The translations under genes were made by a program, and so were the position numbers. Shown in pieces: positions 8,144 to 16,776 of a stretch of DNA of 56,016 nucleotides; within the stretch, counting starts at the first letter, position 1; each line of letters begins with the position of its first letter. Source of the stretch: Methanobacteriota archaeon (GTDB lineage: Archaea > Hydrothermarchaeota > Hydrothermarchaeia > Hydrothermarchaeales > JACRDW01); contig JBDRDL010000038.1 in assembly GCA_043820925.1 (NCBI GenBank), positions 1 to 56,016 of the forward strand, read 5' to 3'. Below the pieces are notes generated by a model. It was given only the letters and a program-made list of their open reading frames with translations. It had not been told where the DNA came from and searched no databases.

Positions 8144-9418
8144 CTAAAAGAATTCATAGTATTTATATGCTTCCTCCTTATCAAAGCAGAATTTTACTTT
8201 TTTAAAGTTATTCTTCATCTCAATAACATCTCTCCTAACCTTTGCGATATCTTTATCGATTATCACTCTCTTAAAGAGCCCGGCTATCTCTTCCATCTCC
8301 TTTTCTTTCATCCCGACCCTCGTCAGTTCCTGGGTTCCGAGCCTGATTCCAGAGGGATTTTTGACATTGGTTATATCATCCCACGGCAGCAGATTCTTAT
8401 TTATAAGTATATTTGCCTTTTCGAGAGTTTCCGCAACCTTGCTGCCACCACCATTCTTTGAAACGTCCACAACTACGTGGTGCGATTGCGTGAATTCTTT
8501 TTTCTCGCACAGCACATTAAAGCCGAAGTTGTGCAGAGAGTGTGCAAGTGCCTTTGAATTTTTAATCATCTGCTTTGCATACGCCTCGCCGAAGTCCAGC
8601 ATTTCTGCAAGAGTGACAGCGAGTCCTGCCAGGTGATGCAGGTGGTGATTCGAAACCAAGCCTGGAAAAACTGCCCTGCTTATCTTTTTGCTGTATTCTT
8701 CCTTTGAAAGTATCAATCCTCCCTGAGGACCAGGAAGTGTTTTGTGCCGTGAGCTGGTAACTATGTCTGCGCCCTCTCTCAGCGGGTCCTGAAACTGCTT
8801 TCCTGCGATTAAACCCAGAACATGCGCAGCATCGTAAACAATCGCAGCACCTGCTTCGTTTGCGGCTTCTCTCAGCTCCTTCACAGGATGCGGGAATAGA
8901 AACACGCTTGCCCCGAAAAGCAGTATTTTTGGCTTCACTTCCCTGATTTTTTCAATGCTTTTTTCAACGTCTATGTTCATAGCTTCGCTGTCGAAAGGGA
9001 AGGATTTTACCTTAAGGCCTCTTACCCCTGCTGCGCTTAACTCGGCATGGCTTATGTGACCGCCGTGCGGCACCTGCAGAGCCATCATCGTATCCCCCGG
9101 CTGCGCAAGCGCAGAGTAAGCTGCGAGGTTTGCGACCGTGCCTGAAGTAGGGAGCACATTCACATATTCTGCTCTGAAAAGTTTTTTTGCCAGTTTTACT
9201 GCAATAATTTCAACTTCGTCTATGTACTTGCATCCCTGGTAAAGCCTTTTCCCCGGAGCACCCTCGGCATAGCGATGCCCGAAGTCACAGGCAGTAACTT
9301 CTCTAACAAGCCCACTCGAAACATTTTCACTCGCTATCATAGTTAGGCACTCCCCCATCCATTTGTGGTGCTTCTTTGCCGCTTCTCTCACCTTCAGGGC
9401 ATGCTTTTTAAAGCTCAT
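8144..9418 (-). CDS. glyA: Serine hydroxymethyltransferase
   Basis: LTMIASENVSS, HRYAEG, TSSRHKTLPGPQGG (PLP-lysine region). Confidence 0.9.
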   Translation of the reverse strand: MSFKKHALKVREAAKKHHKWMGECLTMIASENVSSGLVREVTACDFGHRYAEGAPGKRLYQGCKYIDEVEIIAVKLAKKLFRAEYVNVLPTSGTVANLAAYSALAQPGDTMMALQVPHGGHISHAELSAAGVRGLKVKSFPFDSEAMNIDVEKSIEKIREVKPKILLFGASVFLFPHPVKELREAANEAGAAIVYDAAHVLGLIAGKQFQDPLREGADIVTSSRHKTLPGPQGGLILSKEEYSKKISRAVFPGLVSNHHLHHLAGLAVTLAEMLDFGEAYAKQMIKNSKALAHSLHNFGFNVLCEKKEFTQSHHVVVDVSKNGGGSKVAETLEKANILINKNLLPWDDITNVKNPSGIRLGTQELTRVGMKEKEMEEIAGLFKRVIIDKDIAKVRRDVIEMKNNFKKVKFCFDKEEAYKYYEFF

Positions 9419-9440
9419 TCCATTTCCTCTCCAAAAAAAA

Positions 9441-10451
9441 TCAGCATAAGAGTATATTAATTTTGCTTGCCGCTTTTTTAAGCCTGTTCATTATCGCAAG
9501 TCCGATTCCTTTTTCCTCAAAGTTTTCTGAAATTATTACGTCCACGCCTTCTTCATCGAGTTTTCTTAAAGCATTGAATAAATTTCTCGCAACCTCTCGC
9601 AGGTTTTTTCTGCTTCCAACGACTTCGACTATTCCGCTGTACATCCGGGCATTTTCCCTCGTCGCCAAAATACCTATTTTTTTTCCTGACAGTTTCCTAA
9701 CAATCTCTGGAATCTTCTCTGCATCTAATAAGATTAACTCCGCTTTTGGAGCATAGTGGCGGTATTTCATCCCGGGAGAGCGGGGTTTTCCAAGCGGAAT
9801 GGACTGCTTTTCAACTTTTCCAAGCGCTCTTTTGAGTTCTTCAAAAGTGACACCGCCAGGTCTCAGAATAGCCGGCACAGAAGCAGTTAAATCTAACACC
9901 GTTGATTCCAGTCCTATATTCGCTGCACCGCCGTCGATTACTGCATCGATTTTTCCCTTTAAATCCTGCATCACGTGCTTCGCACTTGTCGGACTCGGCC
10001 TGCCTGAGATGTTTGCGCTCGGCGCTGCGATAGGAACGCCAGATGCAGAGATTAGACCAAGCGCAGTTTTATTGTCCGGCATTCTTATCGCAACTGTATC
10101 CAGACCTGCGGTTGTCACGCCCGGCAGTACTTCTGACTTTTTTAAAATCAGAGTTAAAGGACCTGGCCAGAATCTCTCAGCCAGAATTTTTGCTTTCTCT
10201 GGAACTTCTTTTGCAAGTTTTTTCAGCTCTTCTTTTTTTGCGATGTGCACTATTACCGGATTATCCAGGGGTCTCCCTTTAACTTCAAAAATTTTCTCAA
10301 CCGCTTCAACATCTAAGGCGTTTGCTCCAAGCCCGTACACTGTCTCAGTCGGGAATGCGACGAGACCGCCTCTTCTTATAATCCCTGCAGCAGTTTGAAT
10401 TTTTCTCTTGCTCGGTCTCCGGGGGTTTACTTTTAAGAGAATTGTCTCCAT
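9441..10451 (-). CDS. sua5: Threonylcarbamoyl-AMP synthase Sua5/TsaC with Sua5 C-terminal domain
   Basis: GGLVAFPTETVYGLGANAL, WPGPLTLIL, SANISGRPSPTSA, plus a ~120-aa C-terminal domain. Confidence 0.9.
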   Translation of the reverse strand: METILLKVNPRRPSKRKIQTAAGIIRRGGLVAFPTETVYGLGANALDVEAVEKIFEVKGRPLDNPVIVHIAKKEELKKLAKEVPEKAKILAERFWPGPLTLILKKSEVLPGVTTAGLDTVAIRMPDNKTALGLISASGVPIAAPSANISGRPSPTSAKHVMQDLKGKIDAVIDGGAANIGLESTVLDLTASVPAILRPGGVTFEELKRALGKVEKQSIPLGKPRSPGMKYRHYAPKAELILLDAEKIPEIVRKLSGKKIGILATRENARMYSGIVEVVGSRKNLREVARNLFNALRKLDEEGVDVIISENFEEKGIGLAIMNRLKKAASKINILLC

Positions 10452-10488
10452 GTTCTTTTCTTGATAAGATTAATATTTAAAGATGCTC

Positions 10489-10533
10489 AATAGCGAAGCT
10501 AGTGCGTTAGACCCGCGCTCTTGCTTACGCAAA
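10489..10533. repeat. Interspersed repeat, module Y
   Basis: aatagcgaagctagtgcgttagacccgcgctcttgcttacgcaaa. Confidence 0.85.
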
Positions 10534-10542
10534 GCATGAAGC

Positions 10543-10773
10543 ATGAAAAAAGAGAAGAAAGAAAGGTTGGAGAAGGAGAGAAAATATAGAGAAGTAGTGA
10601 AAAGATACAGGACATTAAACTTCCTTGGATTCATTTTTATAACAGCAGGCTTAATCTTGACTTTCTTTGAGCAGCCCGCAGGCCACCTATTTATTTCTGT
10701 AGGCATTGCAATGGCCGTGGCTTTCCTCTTCTTCTCTATTTACTCTCTGATAAAAAAGCGTGGAATGCGGTGA
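10543..10773 (+). CDS. Small two-TM membrane protein (hypothetical)
   Basis: Charged N-terminus followed by two hydrophobic helices; no family recognised. Confidence 0.35.
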   Translation: MKKEKKERLEKERKYREVVKRYRTLNFLGFIFITAGLILTFFEQPAGHLFISVGIAMAVAFLFFSIYSLIKKRGMR

Positions 10774-10775
10774 AA

Positions 10776-10817
10776 GCGTCTGCCCGAACCAGATACACGC
10801 TGTTAGGCGGCATTGCA
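10776..10817. repeat. Left inverted repeat flanking the hicAB cassette
   Basis: Its rc, gcaatgccgcctaacagcgtgtatctgg, matches gcaatggcgcctaacggctgagcgtatctga at 11329. Confidence 0.65.
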
Positions 10818-10820
10818 GCT

Positions 10821-11060
10821 TTATACTCTTTCATAGACCTTTAGAAATTCCTCTCTTGGTATTCCGGCTTGTCTGCAAATCGTTCTTAAAGTAGAGCCTT
10901 TTATCTTCTTGTGATTTGGCATGGTTAAAGGCGTTTTGCTGCCATCTGGATTTTCTCTAACCATTGAAATATGGTTTCCCACTCTTACGACTTTAAATCC
11001 CAGAATTTCAAAAGTCTTTATAACTTTCCGTTTTGGCGCATCCTTCGGAAACTTCATCAC
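10821..11060 (-). CDS. hicA: HicA-family mRNA interferase toxin
   Basis: KVIKTFEILGFKVVRVGNHISM...PNHKKIKGSTLRTICRQAGIPREEF matches the YcfA/HicA pattern. Confidence 0.85.
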   Translation of the reverse strand: MMKFPKDAPKRKVIKTFEILGFKVVRVGNHISMVRENPDGSKTPLTMPNHKKIKGSTLRTICRQAGIPREEFLKVYERV

Positions 11061-11272
11061 ATCGCCACTTCTGCAATGAAGGTTTCTATGATCTCTCCCG
11101 TTTCAAAAGCCTCTTTTCCAAAAGTTTCTATGTGAAACTTGATAGCAGATTTCACATCCGCGAGCGCTTCCTCGTAAGTATCACCTTCTCCAACCACCAC
11201 ACCCTTTAATCCCAGAGGATATGCCACATAGCCTTCAGGATGTTTTTCAACGATTATTTTTATTTGTCTCAT
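11057..11272 (-). CDS. hicB: HicB-family antitoxin (UPF0150-type)
   Basis: EKHPEGYVAYPLGLKGVVVGEGDTYEEALADVKSAIKFHIE; 4-nt ATGA overlap with hicA. Confidence 0.8.
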   Translation of the reverse strand: MRQIKIIVEKHPEGYVAYPLGLKGVVVGEGDTYEEALADVKSAIKFHIETFGKEAFETGEIIETFIAEVAM

Positions 11273-11326
11273 TTTCTCACCGATCTTTTATTTGATTTCA
11301 GCTTTATAAAGGATATAATTAACCTC

Positions 11327-11424
11327 GGCAATGGCGCCTAACGGCTGAGCGTATCTGAAGTTCCGACCGCAGGGAGGAATTTGGGCGGAGTGCCGAAGGC
11401 ACGAAGCCAGATATGCTCTGTTAT
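11327..11424. mobile_element. MITE-like hairpin element (right hicAB flank)
   Basis: cctaacggctgagcgtatctg ... cagatatgctctgtta are imperfect inverted termini about 45 nt apart; both arms are homologous to the element at 10776-10817. Confidence 0.5.
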
Positions 11425-11465
11425 ATGAAGTTGCCCCCATTTCCTTTTCACTGCTTCTTATCTGA

Positions 11466-11984
11466 TTATTGTTGTCTGTTTAATATTATATTACTCCAAC
11501 CTTCCAAGCTACGATCGCCTATTTCGTACTTTTTGAGTGATTGAATTTGTACTCTCAATTCTTCAGTTGAGAATTTTATTAATGAAGTAATAAGCGGACT
11601 AATAGCTTTTTGCCTTGATTTAGCACGAACTTCTTGCAACCCCAAGCGTCTTGCAAATTCGTTAATGTCTCTTAGGGATGGTAAAACTGTCTTTGCAACT
11701 AAGTCGGTATAAAAGTTCATTAATAGTTGGTACTTTCCAAGATCTACGCCTTCAAGAGTAATTAGCGCCCTCGGAATCGATTGCCCTTGTTTTGGTCTTG
11801 TCTCTCGTGTCGTTTTTGGAATAGTTCGGGCTATCTTCGCAACCTCTGTTAGAATAAGTGGCAGGCGTTGTCTCATTTCTGGTGATGAAATAGATTCTGC
11901 AAGCAACTCAAAAGGTTCAGGACCGTATTTTTTTAGCAATTTTACTATATCGACCAACAAATCTAGTTCTTGCTTTTTTCTCAT
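11466..11984 (-). CDS. Uncharacterised 172-aa protein coupled to the ParA-like ATPase
   Basis: 4-nt ATGA overlap with the upstream ATPase gene. Helical N- and C-terminal parts flank a basic, low-complexity centre (TIPKTTRETRPKQGQSIPR). No domain recognised. Confidence 0.7.
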   Translation of the reverse strand: MRKKQELDLLVDIVKLLKKYGPEPFELLAESISSPEMRQRLPLILTEVAKIARTIPKTTRETRPKQGQSIPRALITLEGVDLGKYQLLMNFYTDLVAKTVLPSLRDINEFARRLGLQEVRAKSRQKAISPLITSLIKFSTEELRVQIQSLKKYEIGDRSLEGWSNIILNRQQ

Positions 11985-12829
11985 AGACCTATCCTTCCCG
12001 CAAATTCCTCAGCAAATGCATGAAATTTACTAGCTTGAGACGACCTTGCATAAGATGTGCTAAAAATTGGGCGTCCTTCTCGAGCTCCTTTTGGATATGA
12101 ACGCGAGTAGCTGACTTCAGCGTTAAAAACGTACCATCCATGCTTTGAGGCTATACTTTTTACCTCGTTCTTGGACTTAACCTCCTCCGGAACGTATCCT
12201 GATGTATGATTGAAAACTATCCCAGCAAGATCTAAATTGTGATCTCCATAAGGGCCGACCTTGAATTCTTCCATAGAACGTACTAGTAGTGGAAGGCCTA
12301 TCGAAGATAGATACTCTGGCTTGACGGGAACAAGTAAGTAATCACTTGCCAGATAGGCTGCTGTAGTTAAAACGGACTCAGTCGGTGCACAATCCTGCAG
12401 AATAAGATCATACTCATTTTCAATCTTTGAAATGAGTTTTGCAAGGAGACTCTCCTTCTGCCCAGGATTTCGCAATGAATATGCCAGCTCTAAACGAGAG
12501 GGAATCAGATCGATACAACTGCCATCAGAATATGAAACAACATTGTAGAGCACCGATTTTGGAAGTAGCGGTATTGGTTTACTTTTGCCTGGCGTGTGTG
12601 TAAGCTGTTCGAATACATCCCAAACTGTAGGAATGTTTTTCTTAAGAATATCTTCATATTTGCGGACTCCAATAAGGTACTGACTCGCATTGAATTGTGG
12701 ATCTAGGTCAACAACCAATACTTTCTTGTTCCATTTGGACAGCCCAGCAAACTGCCAAGCTAGATTGACAGCCAATGTAGATTTTCCTACACCGCCTTTC
12801 ATGTTGATTAACGAAACTTTCTTAGCCAT
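11981..12829 (-). CDS. ParA/Soj/MinD-family deviant Walker A ATPase
   Basis: INMKGGVGKSTLAVNLA (deviant Walker A), VVDLDPQFN (A'), LILQDCAPT (Walker B). GGAGGTGA lies 5 nt upstream of the ATG. Confidence 0.85.
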   Translation of the reverse strand: MAKKVSLINMKGGVGKSTLAVNLAWQFAGLSKWNKKVLVVDLDPQFNASQYLIGVRKYEDILKKNIPTVWDVFEQLTHTPGKSKPIPLLPKSVLYNVVSYSDGSCIDLIPSRLELAYSLRNPGQKESLLAKLISKIENEYDLILQDCAPTESVLTTAAYLASDYLLVPVKPEYLSSIGLPLLVRSMEEFKVGPYGDHNLDLAGIVFNHTSGYVPEEVKSKNEVKSIASKHGWYVFNAEVSYSRSYPKGAREGRPIFSTSYARSSQASKFHAFAEEFAGRIGL

Positions 12830-12907
12830 GTTTAATCACCTCCTATATTGTAATACCTTGCGATTATATTTGCTTTTTGTTTAACGCGGGCAATTTCATA
12901 TAACTCC

Positions 12908-12988
12908 TTATATACGAACATGGTTCGCCTATCCTGCCGGTTTATATACGAACTTCGCACTGTCTCCTTAAGGAGCGAAGTTTATATT
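12908..12988. promoter_or_regulatory. Iterated TATA-like / palindromic repeats in the parA-bud32 divergent intergenic region
   Basis: ttatatacgaac at 12908 and 12942. Palindrome cgaacatggttcg at 12915-12927. Near-palindrome aacttcgc..ctccttaaggag..gcgaagtt at 12951-12982. tttatatt about 25 nt upstream of the bud32 ATG. Confidence 0.5.
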
Positions 12989-13011
12989 CAATTAAAAATA
13001 AAGAAAGCTCT

Positions 13012-13629
13012 ATGGAAATGATAGGCAAGGGCGCAGAGGCGAACATTTACTTGCAGGAGGGCAGGGTAATCAAGGAGAGGATTTCCAAGGCTTACAGGGT
13101 AAAAGAATTAGACGAAGCGCTCAGAAAGACGAGAACCAAAAGGGAGGCTAAATTAATCTCTCTTGCGAGAAGAGCAGGTGTCCCAACGCCTTTTATCCTG
13201 GACGTAAATAATCCAGATACCACCGTCGAAATGAGCTTTGTTAGGGGCATACAGGTGAAAAAACTGCTGAACAAAGCATCAAAAAAAGATAGAGAGCGAA
13301 TTTGCAGGGAAATTGGCAGAAGCGCTGGAAAACTGCACGGTAATAATATAATTCACGGCGATTTGACAACTTCTAATATGATTCTCGCAGACAACAGGAT
13401 TTACTTCATAGATTTCGGTCTCGGAGAAGTAAGCGAGGCAGTCGAGGATAAGGGAGTAGATTTGCTGGTATTTAAAAAATCGTTGCGTTCTACACACTAT
13501 AAATTCGAGAATGAGTGTTTCAAAGCTTTTGTTAACGGTTACTCCAAAGAATATAGAGCGTGCAAAAACGTTCTGGAGAGATTAAAAATAATAGAGCTGA
13601 GGGGGAGATATTTCGCCGAGCGGTTTTAG
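13012..13629 (+). CDS. bud32: KEOPS subunit Bud32 (atypical RIO-like kinase), stand-alone
   Basis: IGKGAEANIY (P-loop-like), TRKEAKLISLARRAGVPTP, IIHGDLTTSNMIL, FIDFGLG, LRGRY tail. Confidence 0.9.
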   Translation: MEMIGKGAEANIYLQEGRVIKERISKAYRVKELDEALRKTRTKREAKLISLARRAGVPTPFILDVNNPDTTVEMSFVRGIQVKKLLNKASKKDRERICREIGRSAGKLHGNNIIHGDLTTSNMILADNRIYFIDFGLGEVSEAVEDKGVDLLVFKKSLRSTHYKFENECFKAFVNGYSKEYRACKNVLERLKIIELRGRYFAERF

Positions 13630-14159
13630 TAAGTGCATACGATGGCACTGCCTGCATGCAGCTCAAAGTATGGGCAGGGTTTCATGCATTCTTTTATCTC
13701 AACTTCACTCCTCTTCCAGGGACACTCGACAGAGCTGTTTTTGATTGAAATACTCCTTCTGGGGTGACCTTCTTTGAACCACTTAAGAGAAGGTGCTGTA
13801 GACTCGTAGGTGTTCTTGTTCACCTGCTTTATGTACTTCAGTGCTTGCAATATCAATAGCGCCCTTGCGACAACGGTCTTTTTCAACGGAACCTGCTTGT
13901 AGAGATCCTTCTCCCTGAAGATTGGGGGTAGGGTATAGAGATATTTCTTTACGCTTTCTACCTCTTCCTTGGATATGGAGGGGTTGTTTTTCCGTAAAAG
14001 CACATATTTGGTGTTAGTTCTCAAAATTACTCCTTTTTCAAATTCTAGTAAATCCCCATTCAATTTTGAGAGCTTTTCATCTATTTTAGACAGCTTTCTT
14101 TCTAATTCTTCTTTTGCTTTCACTAAACCTTTTATCCTCTGTATGCTGATTTTCATCAA
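13626..14159 (-). CDS. Hypothetical protein (coiled-coil N-terminus, Cys-rich C-terminus)
   Basis: 177-aa ORF; its end converges on and overlaps the end of bud32 by 4 nt; no family recognised. Confidence 0.5.
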   Translation of the reverse strand: MMKISIQRIKGLVKAKEELERKLSKIDEKLSKLNGDLLEFEKGVILRTNTKYVLLRKNNPSISKEEVESVKKYLYTLPPIFREKDLYKQVPLKKTVVARALLILQALKYIKQVNKNTYESTAPSLKWFKEGHPRRSISIKNSSVECPWKRSEVEIKECMKPCPYFELHAGSAIVCTY

Positions 14160-14224
14160 TTAATCTTTCAAAATTACCGTCAAAAAACCAAAAAATTTAT
14201 GTTTTAGGAAAAAAAAGCAGAGCC

Positions 14225-14776
14225 ATGGTCTACTTCATAACCTCGAGTATGCACAAATATCTGGAAACAAGGGAAATATTTAGAAGCCACGGGCTTGAAT
14301 TAGGGAGAATATCCAAAAATTACACAGAAATACAGGCAGATACCCTTGAAGAAGTAGTAAAAGAGGCTCTCAAGCGCATAAACAGGAAAAAAGTATTTAT
14401 TGAGGATGCCGGTATTTTTATAAAAGCCCTAAAGGGCTTCCCTGGCGTTTACTCACGCTACATCGAGGACACAATCGGAAATCAGGGAATTTTAAGATTG
14501 ATGCGTGATGTTAAAAAGCGCAGTGCTATCTTCAAGTCAGTCGTGGGCTACAGAGACGCTGAAATAAAGCTCTTCAAGGGCGAAGTTTTCGGCAGCATAG
14601 CCTTCGAAGAGAGAGGCAGCAGGGGCTTCGGCTACGACCCCATATTCATACCAAAAGGTTATAATAAGACCTTTGCAGAGGATTATGAGCTGAAGCAGAG
14701 AATTTCGCACAGGAGAAAAGCAGTAGAAAAACTTGCAAAATTTCTCAGCACTTCGGCATCAAGCTTTTCACAATAG
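14225..14776 (+). CDS. Non-canonical purine NTP pyrophosphatase (Ham1/RdgB/ITPase)
   Basis: FITSSMHKYLE, EDAGIFIKALKGFPGVYS, GFGYDPIF, SHRRKA. Confidence 0.85.
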   Translation: MVYFITSSMHKYLETREIFRSHGLELGRISKNYTEIQADTLEEVVKEALKRINRKKVFIEDAGIFIKALKGFPGVYSRYIEDTIGNQGILRLMRDVKKRSAIFKSVVGYRDAEIKLFKGEVFGSIAFEERGSRGFGYDPIFIPKGYNKTFAEDYELKQRISHRRKAVEKLAKFLSTSASSFSQ

Positions 14777-14792
14777 CAGGTACGGATGATGC

Positions 14793-14896
14793 CTCGTGCC
14801 GAGACCTACCGCTACACTTGCCGAAGGCAAGTGGTAGAAAAGCGGTCAAGAGCGAGTGAGCAACGAGTGAAACGAGTTGTGAACGAGGGATTGAAA
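14793..14896. repeat. Composite repeat block forming the rps15 upstream region
   Basis: ctcgtgccgagacc also occurs at 51569. Hairpin ctacacttgcc gaa ggcaagtggtag. Quasi-tandem acgagtga-like units: gcgagtga, acgagtga, acgagttgtga, acgaggga. Confidence 0.7.
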
Positions 14897-15349
14897 ATGG
14901 CAAGGATGCATTCAGGTAAGAGAGGCAAATCAGGTTCGACAAGACCTTACAGAACCTCGCCCCCGGAGTGGGTAGAGTATCAACCGCAGGAGCTGGAAAG
15001 TCTCATAGTCAAACTTGCGAAGAAGGGCGAGAATCCGAGCGTAATTGGTGCAATATTAAGAGACCAGTACGGCATACCAAATGTGAAGTTGCTCACAAAA
15101 AAGAGGATAACCGAAATTTTGGATAAAAAGGCAAAAAGAGAGATACCAGAGGATTTGATGAATTTAATTAAAAAAGCAGTAAATTTGGAGAAGCACCACA
15201 TAGCAAAGCCTCAGGATATGACTGCCAAGCGGGGCACGCAGTTAGCTGAATCAAAAATAAAGAGGCTTGCGAAGTACTACGTAAGGGAAGGCAAATTACC
15301 TGCTGGCTGGCGGTACGACCTTGCAAAAGCCAAGCTGCTGGTGAAATAG
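14897..15349 (+). CDS. rps15: 30S ribosomal protein S15 (uS15)
   Basis: [17 protein letters not shown]... is a typical archaeal S15 N-terminus. The track ORF start at 14786 lies in repeat sequence and was rejected. Confidence 0.9.
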   Translation: MARMHSGKRGKSGSTRPYRTSPPEWVEYQPQELESLIVKLAKKGENPSVIGAILRDQYGIPNVKLLTKKRITEILDKKAKREIPEDLMNLIKKAVNLEKHHIAKPQDMTAKRGTQLAESKIKRLAKYYVREGKLPAGWRYDLAKAKLLVK

Positions 15350-15351
15350 CG

Positions 15352-16776
15352 ATGCCGGCTCCAAAACAAATGCTCAGGGAGTTTGAGGAAGCTTCAAAAG
15401 TTTTGAAAGAATTAATTGAGAAAGGCAAGGTTGTTAGACTAATAACCCACAACGATGCAGACGGGCTTAGTGCTGGAGCAATACTCCACAAGAGCCTGAT
15501 TAGGGAAAACTGTGCAGTGCATACGAGAAGCGTTAAGCAGCTTGACGAGGGAGCAATAAAAGATGCTTCGGCAAATAGCCAGGAAGTCATCATAATCGCA
15601 GACTCTGGCAGCGGGCAGCTGGAGGAGATAAAGGAGCACCTGCTTGAGAAGTACCACGTAATAGTTTTAGACCACCACCAGCCTAAGGAAATAAAGCATG
15701 AAAATTTATTCCACATAAATCCCCACAACCACGGCATTGATGGAGCCAGAGAAATCAGCGGTGCAGGAATGGCGTATTTATTTTCTAAGGCGGTAAATCC
15801 AAGCAATGTGGATTTATCGCCGTTGGCAGTCGTAGGTGCGCTGGGAGATATTCAGGATGCTGGCGGCGAGCTTGTCGGGCTGAACAGAGATATACTTGAA
15901 GACGGGGTAAAGGCAGGGGTTTTAAAGGCTGAGAAGGATTTACGCTTGTTTGGAAGGCAGACGAGACCGCTGTACAAGGCGATAGAATATACAACAGAAC
16001 CGTTCGTCCCGGGCTTGAGCGGAAGCGAGTCAGCATGCGTGCAGTTTCTCAACGACCTCGACATACCTGTTAAAAAAAATGATAAATTTACGATGCTTGC
16101 GGACTTGGACAAAGATGAAAGGCAGAGGCTGGCAACTGCGCTAATACTCAAGATGATCGAATACAAAGTTCCTCCAAAATTTGCAGAGAGCATAGTAGGC
16201 GAGGTTTACACTCTGCTGAATGAAGAGAAGAGGACCCCTCTCAGAGATGCAAGAGAATTTGCAACTCTCCTCAACGGCTGCGGCAAGCACGATAAAAACG
16301 GCATCGGTATTGCGGTCTGCTTGGGAGAGAGAGGCGAGCTTTATCAGAAATCACTCGAAATGCTCAAAGAGCACAAGGGCTATCTGTTCTTCTGCTACAA
16401 CTGGATTTCCAAGAACATAGGCAGAATCAAGGATGCAGAAGTTTTATACTACCTCTATGCAAATAATGAAATCAACGAAAGCGTTTTAGGCACAGTAGCT
16501 TCGATGATTCTAAATTCAAGAATACTAACGCCCATAAAGCCGATTATTGCATTCTCTGAAACAGAAGACGGTGCAATCAAGGTATCTGCGAGGGGCACGA
16601 GAGAGCTGATAGAGAGGGGTTTAAATCTGGGCAAGGTAATGCTGTATGCTTCTGAAAAGACTGGCGGCGAGGGCGGAGGTCACGATATCGCTGCCGGAGC
16701 AAAAATCGAGAAGGGGAAAGAGGAGGAGTTCCTGAGGCATGCAAAAGAGGAAATAAAAAGGCAGTTGCATGAATAG
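15352..16776 (+). CDS. DHH-family RecJ-like nuclease (archaeal GAN/Cdc45-like)
   Basis: ITHNDADGLSAGAIL, IIIADSGSG, VLDHHQP, GGGHDIAAGA. The rps15-recJ-like adjacency is typical of euryarchaea. Confidence 0.85.
   Translation: MPAPKQMLREFEEASKVLKELIEKGKVVRLITHNDADGLSAGAILHKSLIRENCAVHTRSVKQLDEGAIKDASANSQEVIIIADSGSGQLEEIKEHLLEKYHVIVLDHHQPKEIKHENLFHINPHNHGIDGAREISGAGMAYLFSKAVNPSNVDLSPLAVVGALGDIQDAGGELVGLNRDILEDGVKAGVLKAEKDLRLFGRQTRPLYKAIEYTTEPFVPGLSGSESACVQFLNDLDIPVKKNDKFTMLADLDKDERQRLATALILKMIEYKVPPKFAESIVGEVYTLLNEEKRTPLRDAREFATLLNGCGKHDKNGIGIAVCLGERGELYQKSLEMLKEHKGYLFFCYNWISKNIGRIKDAEVLYYLYANNEINESVLGTVASMILNSRILTPIKPIIAFSETEDGAIKVSARGTRELIERGLNLGKVMLYASEKTGGEGGGHDIAAGAKIEKGKEEEFLRHAKEEIKRQLHE

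Noticed and set aside
14786-14896. Longer S15 ORF starting at 14786
   Set aside because: The extra 37 residues derive from repeat modules, and archaeal S15 starts at [10 protein letters not shown].
15168-15806. 212-aa minus-strand ORF, and similar long antisense ORFs (9799..10398, 37927..38499, 39404..39811, 49896..50678, 53635..54075, 30120..30656)
   Set aside because: All lie opposite strongly supported conserved genes (RecJ-like, Sua5, antiporter, AroC, HypE, L11, NAPRTase). They have Ser/Leu/Pro-rich low-information translations.
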